A stretch of 32,000 nucleotides of DNA from Flavobacteriaceae bacterium (GTDB taxonomy: Bacteria > Bacteroidota > Bacteroidia > Flavobacteriales > Flavobacteriaceae). Under the pieces are notes generated by a model, which did not search any database, had not been told where the DNA came from, and was given only the letters and a program-made list of their open reading frames with translations. A program made the position numbers and the translations under genes. The stretch covers positions 390,001 to 422,000 of the forward strand of contig OZ245049.1 of the NCBI GenBank assembly GCA_965224465.1, read 5' to 3'. Shown here piece by piece: positions 23,362 through 32,000 of this stretch. Within the stretch, counting starts at the first letter, position 1. The number at the start of each line of letters is the position of its first letter.

Positions 23362-26300
23362 ATGCTCAATAAAAGCATTAAATTTTTAATTGAAAATAAA
23401 TTAGTCGCTGTATTATTAGTCGCACTATTTATTGGTTGGGGAGTTTCCAATGCTCCTTTTGATTGGGAAACAGGAAGTTTCCCTCGCAACCCTGTTGGCG
23501 TAGATGCCATTCCAGATATTGGAGAAAATCAACAAATTGTATTTACAAAATGGGCAGGACGATCTCCGCAAGATATTGAAGATCAAATCACCTACCCTTT
23601 AACCACGTCCCTACTTGGAATTCCAGGAGTAAAAACCATCCGAAGTTCTTCCATGTTTGGGTTTTCAAGTATTTATATCATATTTGAAGAAGACATAGAA
23701 TTTTATTGGAGTCGGTCCAGAATTTTAGAAAAATTAAATTCTTTACCCAGTAACTTGTTGCCATCCGAAGTAAAACCAGCACTTGGTCCCGATGCTACAG
23801 GATTGGGTCAAGTATATTGGTATACCTTAGAAGGACGCGATAAAAACGGTGAAGTTACAGGAGGGTGGGACTTACATGAGCTAAGAAGCATTCAAGATTT
23901 TTATGTAAAATATGGACTGTCCTCTGCTTCAGGAGTTTCGGAAGTTGCTTCTATTGGAGGTTTTGTACAAGAATACCAAATAGACATCAATCCAGATTTA
24001 TTAAAAGAGTACAAAATATCCTTACAAGAAGTAGTCGCAGCTGTAAAAAACAGCAATAAGGACATCGGTGCAAAAACTACAGAAATCAACCAAGTAGAAT
24101 ACTTGGTTCGAGGTTTGGGCTATGTTAAATCGGTAGAAGACATTGAAAATGCTGTTGTGAAATCAACAAATTTTACTTCTATTTTAATTCGTGATATCGC
24201 TACAGTTTCTTTAGGCCCCGCAATCCGAAGAGGATTATTGGATAAAGAAGGAGCCGAAGTTGTAGGAGGTGTTGTTGTTGCTAGATATGGCGCCAATCCA
24301 ATGGAGGTAATTAATAATGTAAAAAAACAGATTGCGCAGATTAGTGCGGGCTTGCCCTCCAAAGTATTAAAAGATGGACGCACATCTCAATTGACAATCG
24401 TTCCTTTTTATGACAGATCGGAATTGATCAACGAAACTTTGGAAACCTTGGACGAAGCCTTGACGCTAGAAATACTAATTACCATATTGGTAATCATTGT
24501 TATGGTGTTTAATTTACGTGCTTCTGTCTTAATATCTGGCTTGTTACCAATTGCAGTATTGATGGTGTTTATTGCTATGAAAATAGCCAATGTTGATGCT
24601 AATATTGTTGCCCTTTCCGGAATAGCCATTGCCATTGGAACGATGGTGGATGTTGGAGTGATACTCTCCGAAAACATCATTCGTCACATGGAAGAGGACA
24701 GGCATAAAACACCTGTAAATGAGATTGTTTATAAGGCAACAACAGAAGTTTCTGGAGCAATAATAACTGCTGTGATGACAACCATTATTAGCTTTGTTCC
24801 TGTATTTACCATGATTGGTTCTGAGGGGAAATTATTTCGACCTCTCGCATTTACAAAAACAGCAGCTCTGACCTCCTCTCTTATTGTTGCATTGTTCTTG
24901 ATCCCTCCTTTTGCAGCGTGGCTATTTGCTTGGAAGCCGCCCGTAAAAAAGGGGAAATACGTCCTGAGTATCTTATTGATAATTGCAGGTATTTTCGGTA
25001 TATTTAAAGGCTATTATATTGCATTGATTCTTATTGGATTTGGTATTTCAAGTTTCTTAAAAGTAAAAGAATTACTTACAGAAGAGCGTGCCAATTATAT
25101 AAATATTGCCATATCCATAGTCGCTATTTTAGGTTTGTTAAGTACCACTTGGAGACCCTTAGGTGTAGACCATTCTATTTTTACCAACCTAATTTTTGTG
25201 TCGGTTATCTGTTTTGGAATCTTAGGTGTTTTTACTTTATTTAGAAAATTCTATGTACGTATTTTAAATTGGGCATTGCAGAACAAGATACTATTTTTAA
25301 GTGCCCCTGTACTGATTGTAATATTAGGATTGAATGTTTGGCGAAACACGGGTAAAGAATTTATGCCTTCGTTAAATGAGGGATCCTTTCTATTGATGCC
25401 TACTTCAATGCCGCATGCGGGTGTTACAGAAAACTTACGTGTATTAAAACAATTGGACATGGCAGTCGCTACCATTCCAGAGGTGAGAACCGTAGTTGGA
25501 AAAGCAGGACGTATAGAAAGCGCCTTGGATCCTGCTCCCCTATCCATGTACGAGAACATTATCAATTACAAATCTGAATACAAAATGAATGCGCATCGCA
25601 AACGTTTAAAATTCAAGGTAAATAATGATGGACTTTTTGAAACAAAAACAGGAAAATTTATTAGCGCTGGAACAAAGATAGAAACGAGGCAATTAATAGA
25701 GGATGATGATGGAGACTATTATAGAAACTGGAGAACACACATAAAATCTGCTGATGATATATGGAAGGAAATTGTAAAGGTTACAAAACTTCCAGGTGTT
25801 ACTTCTGCGCCTAAATTACAGCCTATCGAAACACGTTTGGTGATGCTACAAACAGGAATGAGAGCCCCAATGGGAATCAAAGTAAAAGGATCAGATTTAA
25901 GGCAAATTGAAGCATTTGGATTGAAATTAGAAACCATTCTAAAACAAGTGCCTGGTGTTAAAAAAGAAGCTGTTTTTGCAGATAGAATTGTCGGAAAACC
26001 CTATTTACTAATAGATATAAATAGAAAGAAACTAGCACGTTACGGATTGTCTGTAAGCGCTGTTCAAAACATATTAGAAGTATCCATAGGTGGTAAAATG
26101 ATAAGCCAAACTGTAGAGGGACGTGAACGTTATGGAATTCGTGTTAGATATCCTAGAGAACAACGATCTAGTCCAGAAGATTTTAATAAAATTTACGTAC
26201 CAACCCCAAACGGCAATCCAATTCCATTGTCGGAATTAGTAACGATTAAATATGAACAAGGCCCCCAAGTTATTAAAAGCGAGGATACTTTTTTAGTAGG

Positions 26301-27051
26301 TTATGTACTGTTTGATAAATTAGATGGTGAAGCAGAAGTTACCGTTGTAGAACGTGCACAAGATGTAATTAAAAGAAGTATAGAGCGGGGAGAATTGATG
26401 GTCCCAAAAGGAATTAATTATACGTTTACGGGAACCTATGAAAACCAAATTAGAGCAGAAAAAACACTGGCTGTTGTAGTACCACTAGCATTGGGAATTA
26501 TTTTCTTAATTCTATATTTCCAATTTAGATCTGTGGCGACCTCACTAATGGTATTCTCTGGAATCACAGTCGCCTTTTCTGGGGGATTTATCATGCTATG
26601 GCTCTATGGAGAATCTTGGTTCTTAAATTTCAATGTTTTTGACGTAAACTTGAGAGATTTATTCCAAATGAGAACTGTTAACTTGAGTGTTGCTGTTTGG
26701 GTCGGATTTATTGCACTGTTTGGAATTGCAACAGATGATGGCGTTGTAATGGCCACCTATTTAACCCAAACATTTGATAAAAATACGCCTACAACAAAGG
26801 AAGCAATAAGAGCTTCTGTAGTAGAAGCAGGTGTCAAACGTATTAGACCTTGTTTAATGACGACCGCCACTACCATGCTTGCACTATTACCCGTATTAAC
26901 ATCTACAGGAAGAGGATCCGATATTATGATTCCGATGGCAATCCCAAGTTTTGGAGGAATGCTCGTCGCTTTAATTACCTTATTTGTAGTGCCTGTATTA
27001 TTTAGTTGGCAGAGAGAATTATCATTAAAAAAATTGAATAATGAGCAATAA
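23362..27051 (+). CDS. CusA/CzcA-family heavy-metal efflux RND permease, extended form (1229 aa)
   Basis: RND topology with two large periplasmic loops. Blocks typical of the HME-RND family: SIKFLIENKL, DAIPDIGENQQIV, SSSMFGFS.IYIIFE.D and GIATDDGVVM. Confidence 0.85.
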   Translation: MLNKSIKFLIENKLVAVLLVALFIGWGVSNAPFDWETGSFPRNPVGVDAIPDIGENQQIVFTKWAGRSPQDIEDQITYPLTTSLLGIPGVKTIRSSSMFGFSSIYIIFEEDIEFYWSRSRILEKLNSLPSNLLPSEVKPALGPDATGLGQVYWYTLEGRDKNGEVTGGWDLHELRSIQDFYVKYGLSSASGVSEVASIGGFVQEYQIDINPDLLKEYKISLQEVVAAVKNSNKDIGAKTTEINQVEYLVRGLGYVKSVEDIENAVVKSTNFTSILIRDIATVSLGPAIRRGLLDKEGAEVVGGVVVARYGANPMEVINNVKKQIAQISAGLPSKVLKDGRTSQLTIVPFYDRSELINETLETLDEALTLEILITILVIIVMVFNLRASVLISGLLPIAVLMVFIAMKIANVDANIVALSGIAIAIGTMVDVGVILSENIIRHMEEDRHKTPVNEIVYKATTEVSGAIITAVMTTIISFVPVFTMIGSEGKLFRPLAFTKTAALTSSLIVALFLIPPFAAWLFAWKPPVKKGKYVLSILLIIAGIFGIFKGYYIALILIGFGISSFLKVKELLTEERANYINIAISIVAILGLLSTTWRPLGVDHSIFTNLIFVSVICFGILGVFTLFRKFYVRILNWALQNKILFLSAPVLIVILGLNVWRNTGKEFMPSLNEGSFLLMPTSMPHAGVTENLRVLKQLDMAVATIPEVRTVVGKAGRIESALDPAPLSMYENIINYKSEYKMNAHRKRLKFKVNNDGLFETKTGKFISAGTKIETRQLIEDDDGDYYRNWRTHIKSADDIWKEIVKVTKLPGVTSAPKLQPIETRLVMLQTGMRAPMGIKVKGSDLRQIEAFGLKLETILKQVPGVKKEAVFADRIVGKPYLLIDINRKKLARYGLSVSAVQNILEVSIGGKMISQTVEGRERYGIRVRYPREQRSSPEDFNKIYVPTPNGNPIPLSELVTIKYEQGPQVIKSEDTFLVGYVLFDKLDGEAEVTVVERAQDVIKRSIERGELMVPKGINYTFTGTYENQIRAEKTLAVVVPLALGIIFLILYFQFRSVATSLMVFSGITVAFSGGFIMLWLYGESWFLNFNVFDVNLRDLFQMRTVNLSVAVWVGFIALFGIATDDGVVMATYLTQTFDKNTPTTKEAIRASVVEAGVKRIRPCLMTTATTMLALLPVLTSTGRGSDIMIPMAIPSFGGMLVALITLFVVPVLFSWQRELSLKKLNNEQ

Positions 27052-28261
27052 AATCATGTATGTAATCTTACTTTTTACAACGTTAAGTGTTCGTTCACAA
27101 GACTTAAAAGATTACCTAAAAGAAGCAGAAAAAAACAATCCAGCATTAAAAGCCATGCAATATAGCTATAAAAGTGCCTTGGAAAAAATAGTTGAAGTAG
27201 GAAGCATTCCTAACACAACCATCGGAATAGGATATTTTGTACAAACACCAGAAACTCGTGTTGGGGCACAGCGAGCAAAAATAGCTATCGGACAAAAAAT
27301 CCCTTGGTTTGGTACATTGGAGGCAAAAAGAGAAAGTGCTGCTTTTAAAGCAGAAGCACAATCTAATGAATTGGATTTTATAAAAAGAAAACTGTTCTTA
27401 GATGTAAAAACGATCTATTTTGAATTGTTTGAGTTAAAAACCAGCAAAATGATTGTCAATAAAAATATCGAAATTTTAAAAACTTTTGAAGCATTGGCAT
27501 TGACAGCATTGGAAAACAACCGTTCGAGCATGGTAGCTGTGTTAAAAATTAGAATGGAAAAAAATGAGCTTTACAATACGCTTCATAACATAGAAGAAAA
27601 TATCATAGCAAAAACAAGTGCATTTAATCTATTATTGAATCGCAATGAGACTCTTAAAATAGCTATAATTGAAAGCATCCATATAAATAAACATGAAGTA
27701 TTCAAAAAAGAAGACATCACAAGCAATCCTAAATTAATCCAATTAGACAATTTAAAAAATGCGTTGATAAAAGCTGCTTTGGCGGTAAAAAAAGAAGGAA
27801 ACCCAACAATAGGTTTTGCATTGGATTACGTAATTGTAGATAAAAGAGACCTGACAAATTTAATCGATAACGGAAAAGATATTATCATGCCAATGATCAC
27901 TGTTTCTATACCGTTGTTTTCGAATAAATACAAATCAAAACAAAAACAATTGATACTAGAGCAACAAGCATTGACTAGCAGTAAAACAAACACTTTAAAT
28001 CAGCTACACCGTATTTTTAGCAAAGCGACCCGAGGAATTTCTAAGGCAAAAGTTGCCATTAAAACACACGTAAAGAATATCAAAGAAGCAGACCGTGTAA
28101 AAGAAGTCTTGTTTGCTGCGTATGAAACCTCTAAAATTGATTTTGAGCAATTGTTAGAAATCCAACAATTAAAGTTGAAATTTCAATTAAAAAAAGTGAT
28201 TTCTGAAAAACAGTATTCAATACAAAAAGCAACTTTAGAATTCTTAACCTCAGATTATTAA
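27041..28261 (+). CDS. TolC-family outer-membrane efflux protein (406 aa)
   Basis: Signal peptide. Heptad-rich repeat structure with the N-terminal LKDYLKEAEKNNPALKA motif typical of the OEP family. Overlaps the pump gene by 11 nt. Confidence 0.75.
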   Translation: MSNKIMYVILLFTTLSVRSQDLKDYLKEAEKNNPALKAMQYSYKSALEKIVEVGSIPNTTIGIGYFVQTPETRVGAQRAKIAIGQKIPWFGTLEAKRESAAFKAEAQSNELDFIKRKLFLDVKTIYFELFELKTSKMIVNKNIEILKTFEALALTALENNRSSMVAVLKIRMEKNELYNTLHNIEENIIAKTSAFNLLLNRNETLKIAIIESIHINKHEVFKKEDITSNPKLIQLDNLKNALIKAALAVKKEGNPTIGFALDYVIVDKRDLTNLIDNGKDIIMPMITVSIPLFSNKYKSKQKQLILEQQALTSSKTNTLNQLHRIFSKATRGISKAKVAIKTHVKNIKEADRVKEVLFAAYETSKIDFEQLLEIQQLKLKFQLKKVISEKQYSIQKATLEFLTSDY

Positions 28262-28315
28262 CACGTATATTTTAAGGGACCCATGGTTCTTGAAAATAAA
28301 TATAACATCTTAAAC

Positions 28316-30043
28316 ATGAAAAAATATAGTATATATATCGGACTATTCATCTTAGGTTTAGCCATTGGACGTTTTGGTTTTGGAAGCGCTTCAAACGACA
28401 GTCATACATCACACAGTGAAACAGAAGCGGCGACCAATACCCAATGGACTTGTTCCATGCATCCACAAATTTTGCAACCAGAAGCAGGAGATTGCCCCAT
28501 CTGCGGAATGGAATTAATTCCTGCAGAATCTGTCGCTGACGGATTGGATATTAATGAATTCAAATTAACAAAAAATGCCATGGCTTTGGCAAACATTCAA
28601 ACAACAGTTATTGGAATACAAACAGGAAGTATTGCAGGAATGGTATTGTCTGGTAAAATTGTAGAAAATGAAAATAACAACGCCTTACAAACAACCCATT
28701 TTGGAGGACGTATCGAAAAATTATACATAGAAACCACTGGGCAAAAAGTACGTTTTGGACAAAAATTAGCTTTAATTTATTCCCCCGAATTGGTGACTTC
28801 TCAAAAAGAATTTTTGACCGCTGTAAAAAGTAAAAGCAGTGACTTTCTTTTATACAATGCTGTCAAAAACAAATTAAAACTTTGGAAATTGACAGCGACT
28901 CAAATTAATAGGATCGAAACCTCAAAAAAAATTATTACAAATTTCCCAATATATGCAAGTGTCTCAGGAATTGTGAGTAAAAAAATGATTGAAGAAGGGC
29001 AATACGTTAAAAAAGGACAAGGACTACTAACTATTGCAAATTTAAACACAGTTTGGGCAGACTTTGATGCGTATGAAAAACAATTATCGTCCATTAAACT
29101 GGGAGATAAAATCAGTATTGTTACGAATGCTAACCCAAACAAAAAGATAGAAGCAAAAATAACTTTTATAGACCCTATTTTAAATACTAGCACAAGAACA
29201 GTTGTTGTAAGAGCGGTACTTAATAATAGTAAAGGAGTTTTGAAACCAGGAATGTTTGTGTCTGGTACTTTTAGTAAAAAAACAGCTAAAAACAGTAAAA
29301 AAGCACTCTTAATGATTCCCAAAACTGCTGTGATGTGGACAGGAAAACGCTCCTTGGTATATATTAAAAAATCTACTGACGAACCTATATTTGAAATGAG
29401 AGAAGTAGTACTCGGAAATGCTTTTAGTGACCTTTACGAAATTATAGAAGGACTTGAAATCAATGATGAGATTGTAACCAATGGTACATTTACTGTAGAT
29501 GCTGCTGCCCAATTACAAAGTAAGCGTAGTATGATGAATACGCGGCTAGATAAAAAGAAAAAACCCGAAGATAAAATCATAAAAAGACGTGTTGTACCCA
29601 AAAAATTTCAACAACAATTAGCCCTTGTTTACAGTCATTATTTGCCTATTAAAGATGCATTGGTAACAGATAATACTGCATTAGCCTCTGAAAAATCTAT
29701 CCTATTTAAAACTGCATTGGCAAAGGTTAATATGAAACTATTAAAAGACCCCAAAAGCCATATGATATGGATGGAAAACATGTCGATTTTAAATAATTTA
29801 GCGGCACAATTAGCAACAACAACAGATATTAATATGCAGCGAAACCAACTCTATACCCTCTCTAAAGCATTGGCAAATGCAATTCAATCATTTGGAATTA
29901 ACGAACCTGTTTATATGCAGTTTTGCCCAATGGTTAATGATGATAAAGGTGCCTATTGGTTAAGTAAAGAAGAAGAAATTTTCAATCCATATTTTGGTGA
30001 AATGATGCTTAAATGTGGCAATGTAAAACAAACAATAAATTAA
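28316..30043 (+). CDS. RND periplasmic adaptor (CusB/HlyD-like) with an N-terminal CxxxH...CPICGM metal-binding module and a C-terminal extension
   Basis: WTCSMHPQILQPEAGDCPICGMELIP, followed by a barrel-sandwich/beta-barrel adaptor core, then an approximately 150-aa C-terminal domain ending FCPM...YWLS....NPYFG..ML.CG (DUF3347-like). The start at MKKYSIYIGLFILG is preferred over 28283. Confidence 0.75.
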   Translation: MKKYSIYIGLFILGLAIGRFGFGSASNDSHTSHSETEAATNTQWTCSMHPQILQPEAGDCPICGMELIPAESVADGLDINEFKLTKNAMALANIQTTVIGIQTGSIAGMVLSGKIVENENNNALQTTHFGGRIEKLYIETTGQKVRFGQKLALIYSPELVTSQKEFLTAVKSKSSDFLLYNAVKNKLKLWKLTATQINRIETSKKIITNFPIYASVSGIVSKKMIEEGQYVKKGQGLLTIANLNTVWADFDAYEKQLSSIKLGDKISIVTNANPNKKIEAKITFIDPILNTSTRTVVVRAVLNNSKGVLKPGMFVSGTFSKKTAKNSKKALLMIPKTAVMWTGKRSLVYIKKSTDEPIFEMREVVLGNAFSDLYEIIEGLEINDEIVTNGTFTVDAAAQLQSKRSMMNTRLDKKKKPEDKIIKRRVVPKKFQQQLALVYSHYLPIKDALVTDNTALASEKSILFKTALAKVNMKLLKDPKSHMIWMENMSILNNLAAQLATTTDINMQRNQLYTLSKALANAIQSFGINEPVYMQFCPMVNDDKGAYWLSKEEEIFNPYFGEMMLKCGNVKQTIN

Positions 30044-30048
30044 TAATG

Positions 30049-30147
30049 AGTCAATAACCTCGGGGCAAGCCCACGAGGCATGAAAAAGAAAAAACCTCAA
30101 TCATTTCGATGCAAGCATCGGGAATTAAACCCACTTGTGGGATTAAA
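30049..30147 (+). repeat. approximately 95-nt three-stem-loop intergenic element, copy 2
   Basis: See 13216..13310. Stems: CCTCG(G)GGG/CCC(A)CGAGG, CGATG/CATCG and CCCA/TGGG. The first two have CAAG loops. Confidence 0.7.
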
Positions 30148-30159
30148 TATATTAGAAAC

Positions 30160-30555
30160 ATGAAAAAAGTAATTTTAGCCCTTGTAATTTTTGTAACAGT
30201 AGGAATCTCCTCTGCCATAGCACAAGAAAAAGTAACAAAAGCAACCTTTGGAGTACGTGGTAACTGTGGCATGTGTAAAGGAACCATAGAAAAAGCTGCA
30301 AACACAGTAAATGGAGTTATAAATGCCGTATGGGATAAAGAAGCAAAAAAAATGGATGTTTCTTTTGACCCAGAAAAAACCAATACAATGCACATTCAAA
30401 AATCTGTAGCAGCATCTGGTTATGATACAGAAAAAATAACTGCTTCCGTGAATGCATATGACAATCTACCTGGATGTTGTCAATATGATAAAGAACAGCA
30501 AATGGGAGCTGTAAGTAAAAAATCTGTAGACACACACCATGGACACAGTCATTAA
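30160..30555 (+). CDS. secreted heavy-metal-associated (HMA) domain protein with a His-rich tail
   Basis: Signal peptide MKKVILALVIFVTVGISSAIA. Metal-binding motif GVRGNCGMCKGTIEKA (CxxC). C-terminal HHGHSH. Confidence 0.75.
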   Translation: MKKVILALVIFVTVGISSAIAQEKVTKATFGVRGNCGMCKGTIEKAANTVNGVINAVWDKEAKKMDVSFDPEKTNTMHIQKSVAASGYDTEKITASVNAYDNLPGCCQYDKEQQMGAVSKKSVDTHHGHSH

Positions 30556-30642
30556 TTAATAGCAATCCATAAATACTTTGGGAGTTATTTGAACTAATCA
30601 CTCCATAATTCCCAATTTATTTTAAAAAAATCCCCTCTCTAA

Positions 30643-31164
30643 ATGAAAACAATTCATGTTAAAACGGCATCGCTTCTAATGTTACTATTTATAGGTATTG
30701 GTCCATTAGCGTGCTATGATTTTAAAGAAAAAAATCTAGCGGATATCGAAGGTAACTATAGCGGAACTATGATAAGTAACACATCCGATAACAGTACCAT
30801 TTATTGTAAAGAAACAATGGCTACAGTTTACATACGTGGTGAAAAATTAGAAATCACTTTTACTGATACTACAATGCCCCCCGCCCTAATGTTAGATTTA
30901 ATTAAAAATGATACTTTATCAAAAACATGTTTAACATGTCGTACATTCTTATTTGAATTCCCCGATACATCTTCCAAACAGCTTTCTAAAAAAGGAGAAC
31001 CTCCATACATAACAGCAAGTAAATGGACAGAAGATATAAGTCTAGATACATTTAAAAACACACAACATTCTTTTGCTTTTAATACGGATGACAACAGTAT
31101 TAACTGTTGGTTTACTACAAATAAATGCACCTTTTATTTTAAAGGATCAAAAAAATATTTATAA
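30643..31164 (+). CDS. hypothetical lipoprotein (173 aa)
   Basis: Signal peptide with the lipobox-like GPLAC. No recognisable domain. Confidence 0.5.
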   Translation: MKTIHVKTASLLMLLFIGIGPLACYDFKEKNLADIEGNYSGTMISNTSDNSTIYCKETMATVYIRGEKLEITFTDTTMPPALMLDLIKNDTLSKTCLTCRTFLFEFPDTSSKQLSKKGEPPYITASKWTEDISLDTFKNTQHSFAFNTDDNSINCWFTTNKCTFYFKGSKKYL

Positions 31165-31188
31165 TTGGTTAGTTATATTTCAAAAAGT

Positions 31189-31223
31189 CATCCATGGATT
31201 GTCATGGGTGGCTTTTTATTTTT
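31189..31223 (+). terminator. putative Rho-independent terminator
   Basis: 8-bp stem CATCCATG / CATGGGTG (one G-U pair), 6-nt loop, then GCTTTTTATTTTT. Lies 25 nt after the stop at 31164. Confidence 0.5.
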
Positions 31224-31382
31224 ACACCGAGTTCATCTACATAAAAAACAGGACATCCCTAAATTTATAAACAGCACTATCGGAATGCAGTTGCTGTAAA
31301 TGCAGGTCAAAACTATTTTCCTTTTCATTAATCATTATCAATATGAACAAGTATCTTTGCCGTATAATTAAATTATTAAATA

Positions 31383-31775
31383 ATGAGCACCTGTAATTGC
31401 GGAAGTGAACAAACCTACGAGTTATGTTGTAAACCCATACATTCCGACATCTCCAATGCAAGCACAGCAGAAATGTTAATGCGCAGTAGATATACCGCTT
31501 TTTGTATGGCAAATGGTGCATACTTATTAAAAAGCCAGGCTAAAAAACATGCTCCTAGCACCTCTGAAATCAAAGAAATTGTAGCTTGGGCAAAAGCTGT
31601 TACATGGGTAAAACTAGAAGTAATGGCAAGTACAAATGGTTTAGAAACGGATACTACAGGAACCGTAACATTTAAAGCAACATACTTTGATGCAGACGGA
31701 ATGGGAATTATTGAAGAAAAATCTTTGTTCGAAAAAGAAAATGGACATTGGGTATATGTAACAGGAATCGAATAA
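31383..31775 (+). CDS. YchJ-family (UPF0225) protein with an N-terminal SEC-C-like Cys motif
   Basis: CNCGS...YELCCKPIH...A.TAEMLMRSRYTAF matches the YchJ family signature. About 130 aa. Confidence 0.75.
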   Translation: MSTCNCGSEQTYELCCKPIHSDISNASTAEMLMRSRYTAFCMANGAYLLKSQAKKHAPSTSEIKEIVAWAKAVTWVKLEVMASTNGLETDTTGTVTFKATYFDADGMGIIEEKSLFEKENGHWVYVTGIE

Positions 31776-31777
31776 CT

Positions 31778-31957
31778 ATGGGAAAGCAAGGCAAAGAAAA
31801 AAATACAAAAAATAAAGCGAAGCACACTAAGTTAATGGATCGTAAGATAAATAAGATTCGTAAAAATAAGGATGTGACAAAAAACAAGATAAAATACTTG
31901 TTAAAAAAGCACAAAGAAACAAAAACAGAAGTAGAAAACAAATCCTCAGAAGAATAA
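31778..31957 (+). CDS. possible small lysine-rich basic protein (59 aa)
   Basis: The ATG lies 3 nt after the YchJ stop. Low-complexity K/N-rich sequence in AT-rich DNA, so this could be non-coding. Confidence 0.25.
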   Translation: MGKQGKEKNTKNKAKHTKLMDRKINKIRKNKDVTKNKIKYLLKKHKETKTEVENKSSEE

Positions 31958-32000
31958 TGAAGGCGAAAGAATCAAAGGGATTACATCCACAGAACAAGCA

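Noticed and set aside
23901-25937. Minus-strand ORFs within the RND pump gene (23901..24089, 24120..24383, 24408..24680, 25251..25565, 25719..25937), plus similar ones in the neighbouring efflux genes (27146.., 28402.., 28900.., 29309..)
   Set aside because: They are antisense to long, well-supported efflux genes and have no independent evidence.
30109-30159. N-terminal extension MQASGIKPTCGIKYIRN of the HMA protein ORF, and the antisense ORFs 30051..30395, 30175..30399 and 30317..30601
   Set aside because: The extension is encoded by the repeated three-hairpin intergenic element, and a canonical signal peptide starts at the ATG at 30160. The antisense ORFs are shadows of the HMA gene.
31237-31941. 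Minus-strand ORFs 31237..31521, 31415..31825 and 31708..31941, and plus-strand ORF 31073..31270
   Set aside because: They are antisense to, or overlap, the YchJ-family gene and the terminator region. They have no motifs.

Overview
AT-rich (about 30% GC) chromosomal segment, most likely from a Flavobacteriia/Bacteroidota genome. Evidence: a TssD-type Hcp, a T9SS C-terminal sorting tail, an HYC/CC-type small protein upstream of a CusA-like pump, and lipoprotein-rich ORFs.

The window has two parts.

(A) nt 1 to about 17,930 is an accessory island transcribed entirely on the minus strand. It holds:
- A Gabija-like anti-phage pair: an OLD-family ATPase/TOPRIM nuclease plus a UvrD-like helicase (13780..17537).
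- A polymorphic T6SS(iii) arsenal. One intact hcp/tssD (11953..12648) is followed by two 5'-truncated hcp copies whose cores are more than 99% identical. Each copy heads its own effector plus lipoprotein-immunity module.
- Effector C-terminal domains of three kinds: an unclassified Cys/His domain, a Tae4-like amidase, and an M43/metzincin-like HExxH domain.
- Two orphan toxin fragments, a 741-bp tandem triplication of one immunity gene, and an IS256-family element (267..1680) at a rearrangement junction.

A 75-230 bp repeat (called R here) occurs four times in the same orientation. It delimits the cassettes and brackets the Gabija pair as direct repeats.

(B) nt 18,000 to 32,000 looks like ordinary backbone:
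- a PNGase F-like T9SS-secreted protein
- a DinB-family protein
- a Tet(M)/Tet(Q)-like ribosomal-protection GTPase
- a heavy-metal RND efflux operon (HYC/CC small protein, extended CusA/CzcA, TolC-like, adaptor with metal-binding extensions, HMA protein)
- a lipoprotein
- a YchJ-family protein

No rRNA, tRNA or CRISPR array was seen. All functional calls come from motif and family recognition by eye, with no database search.
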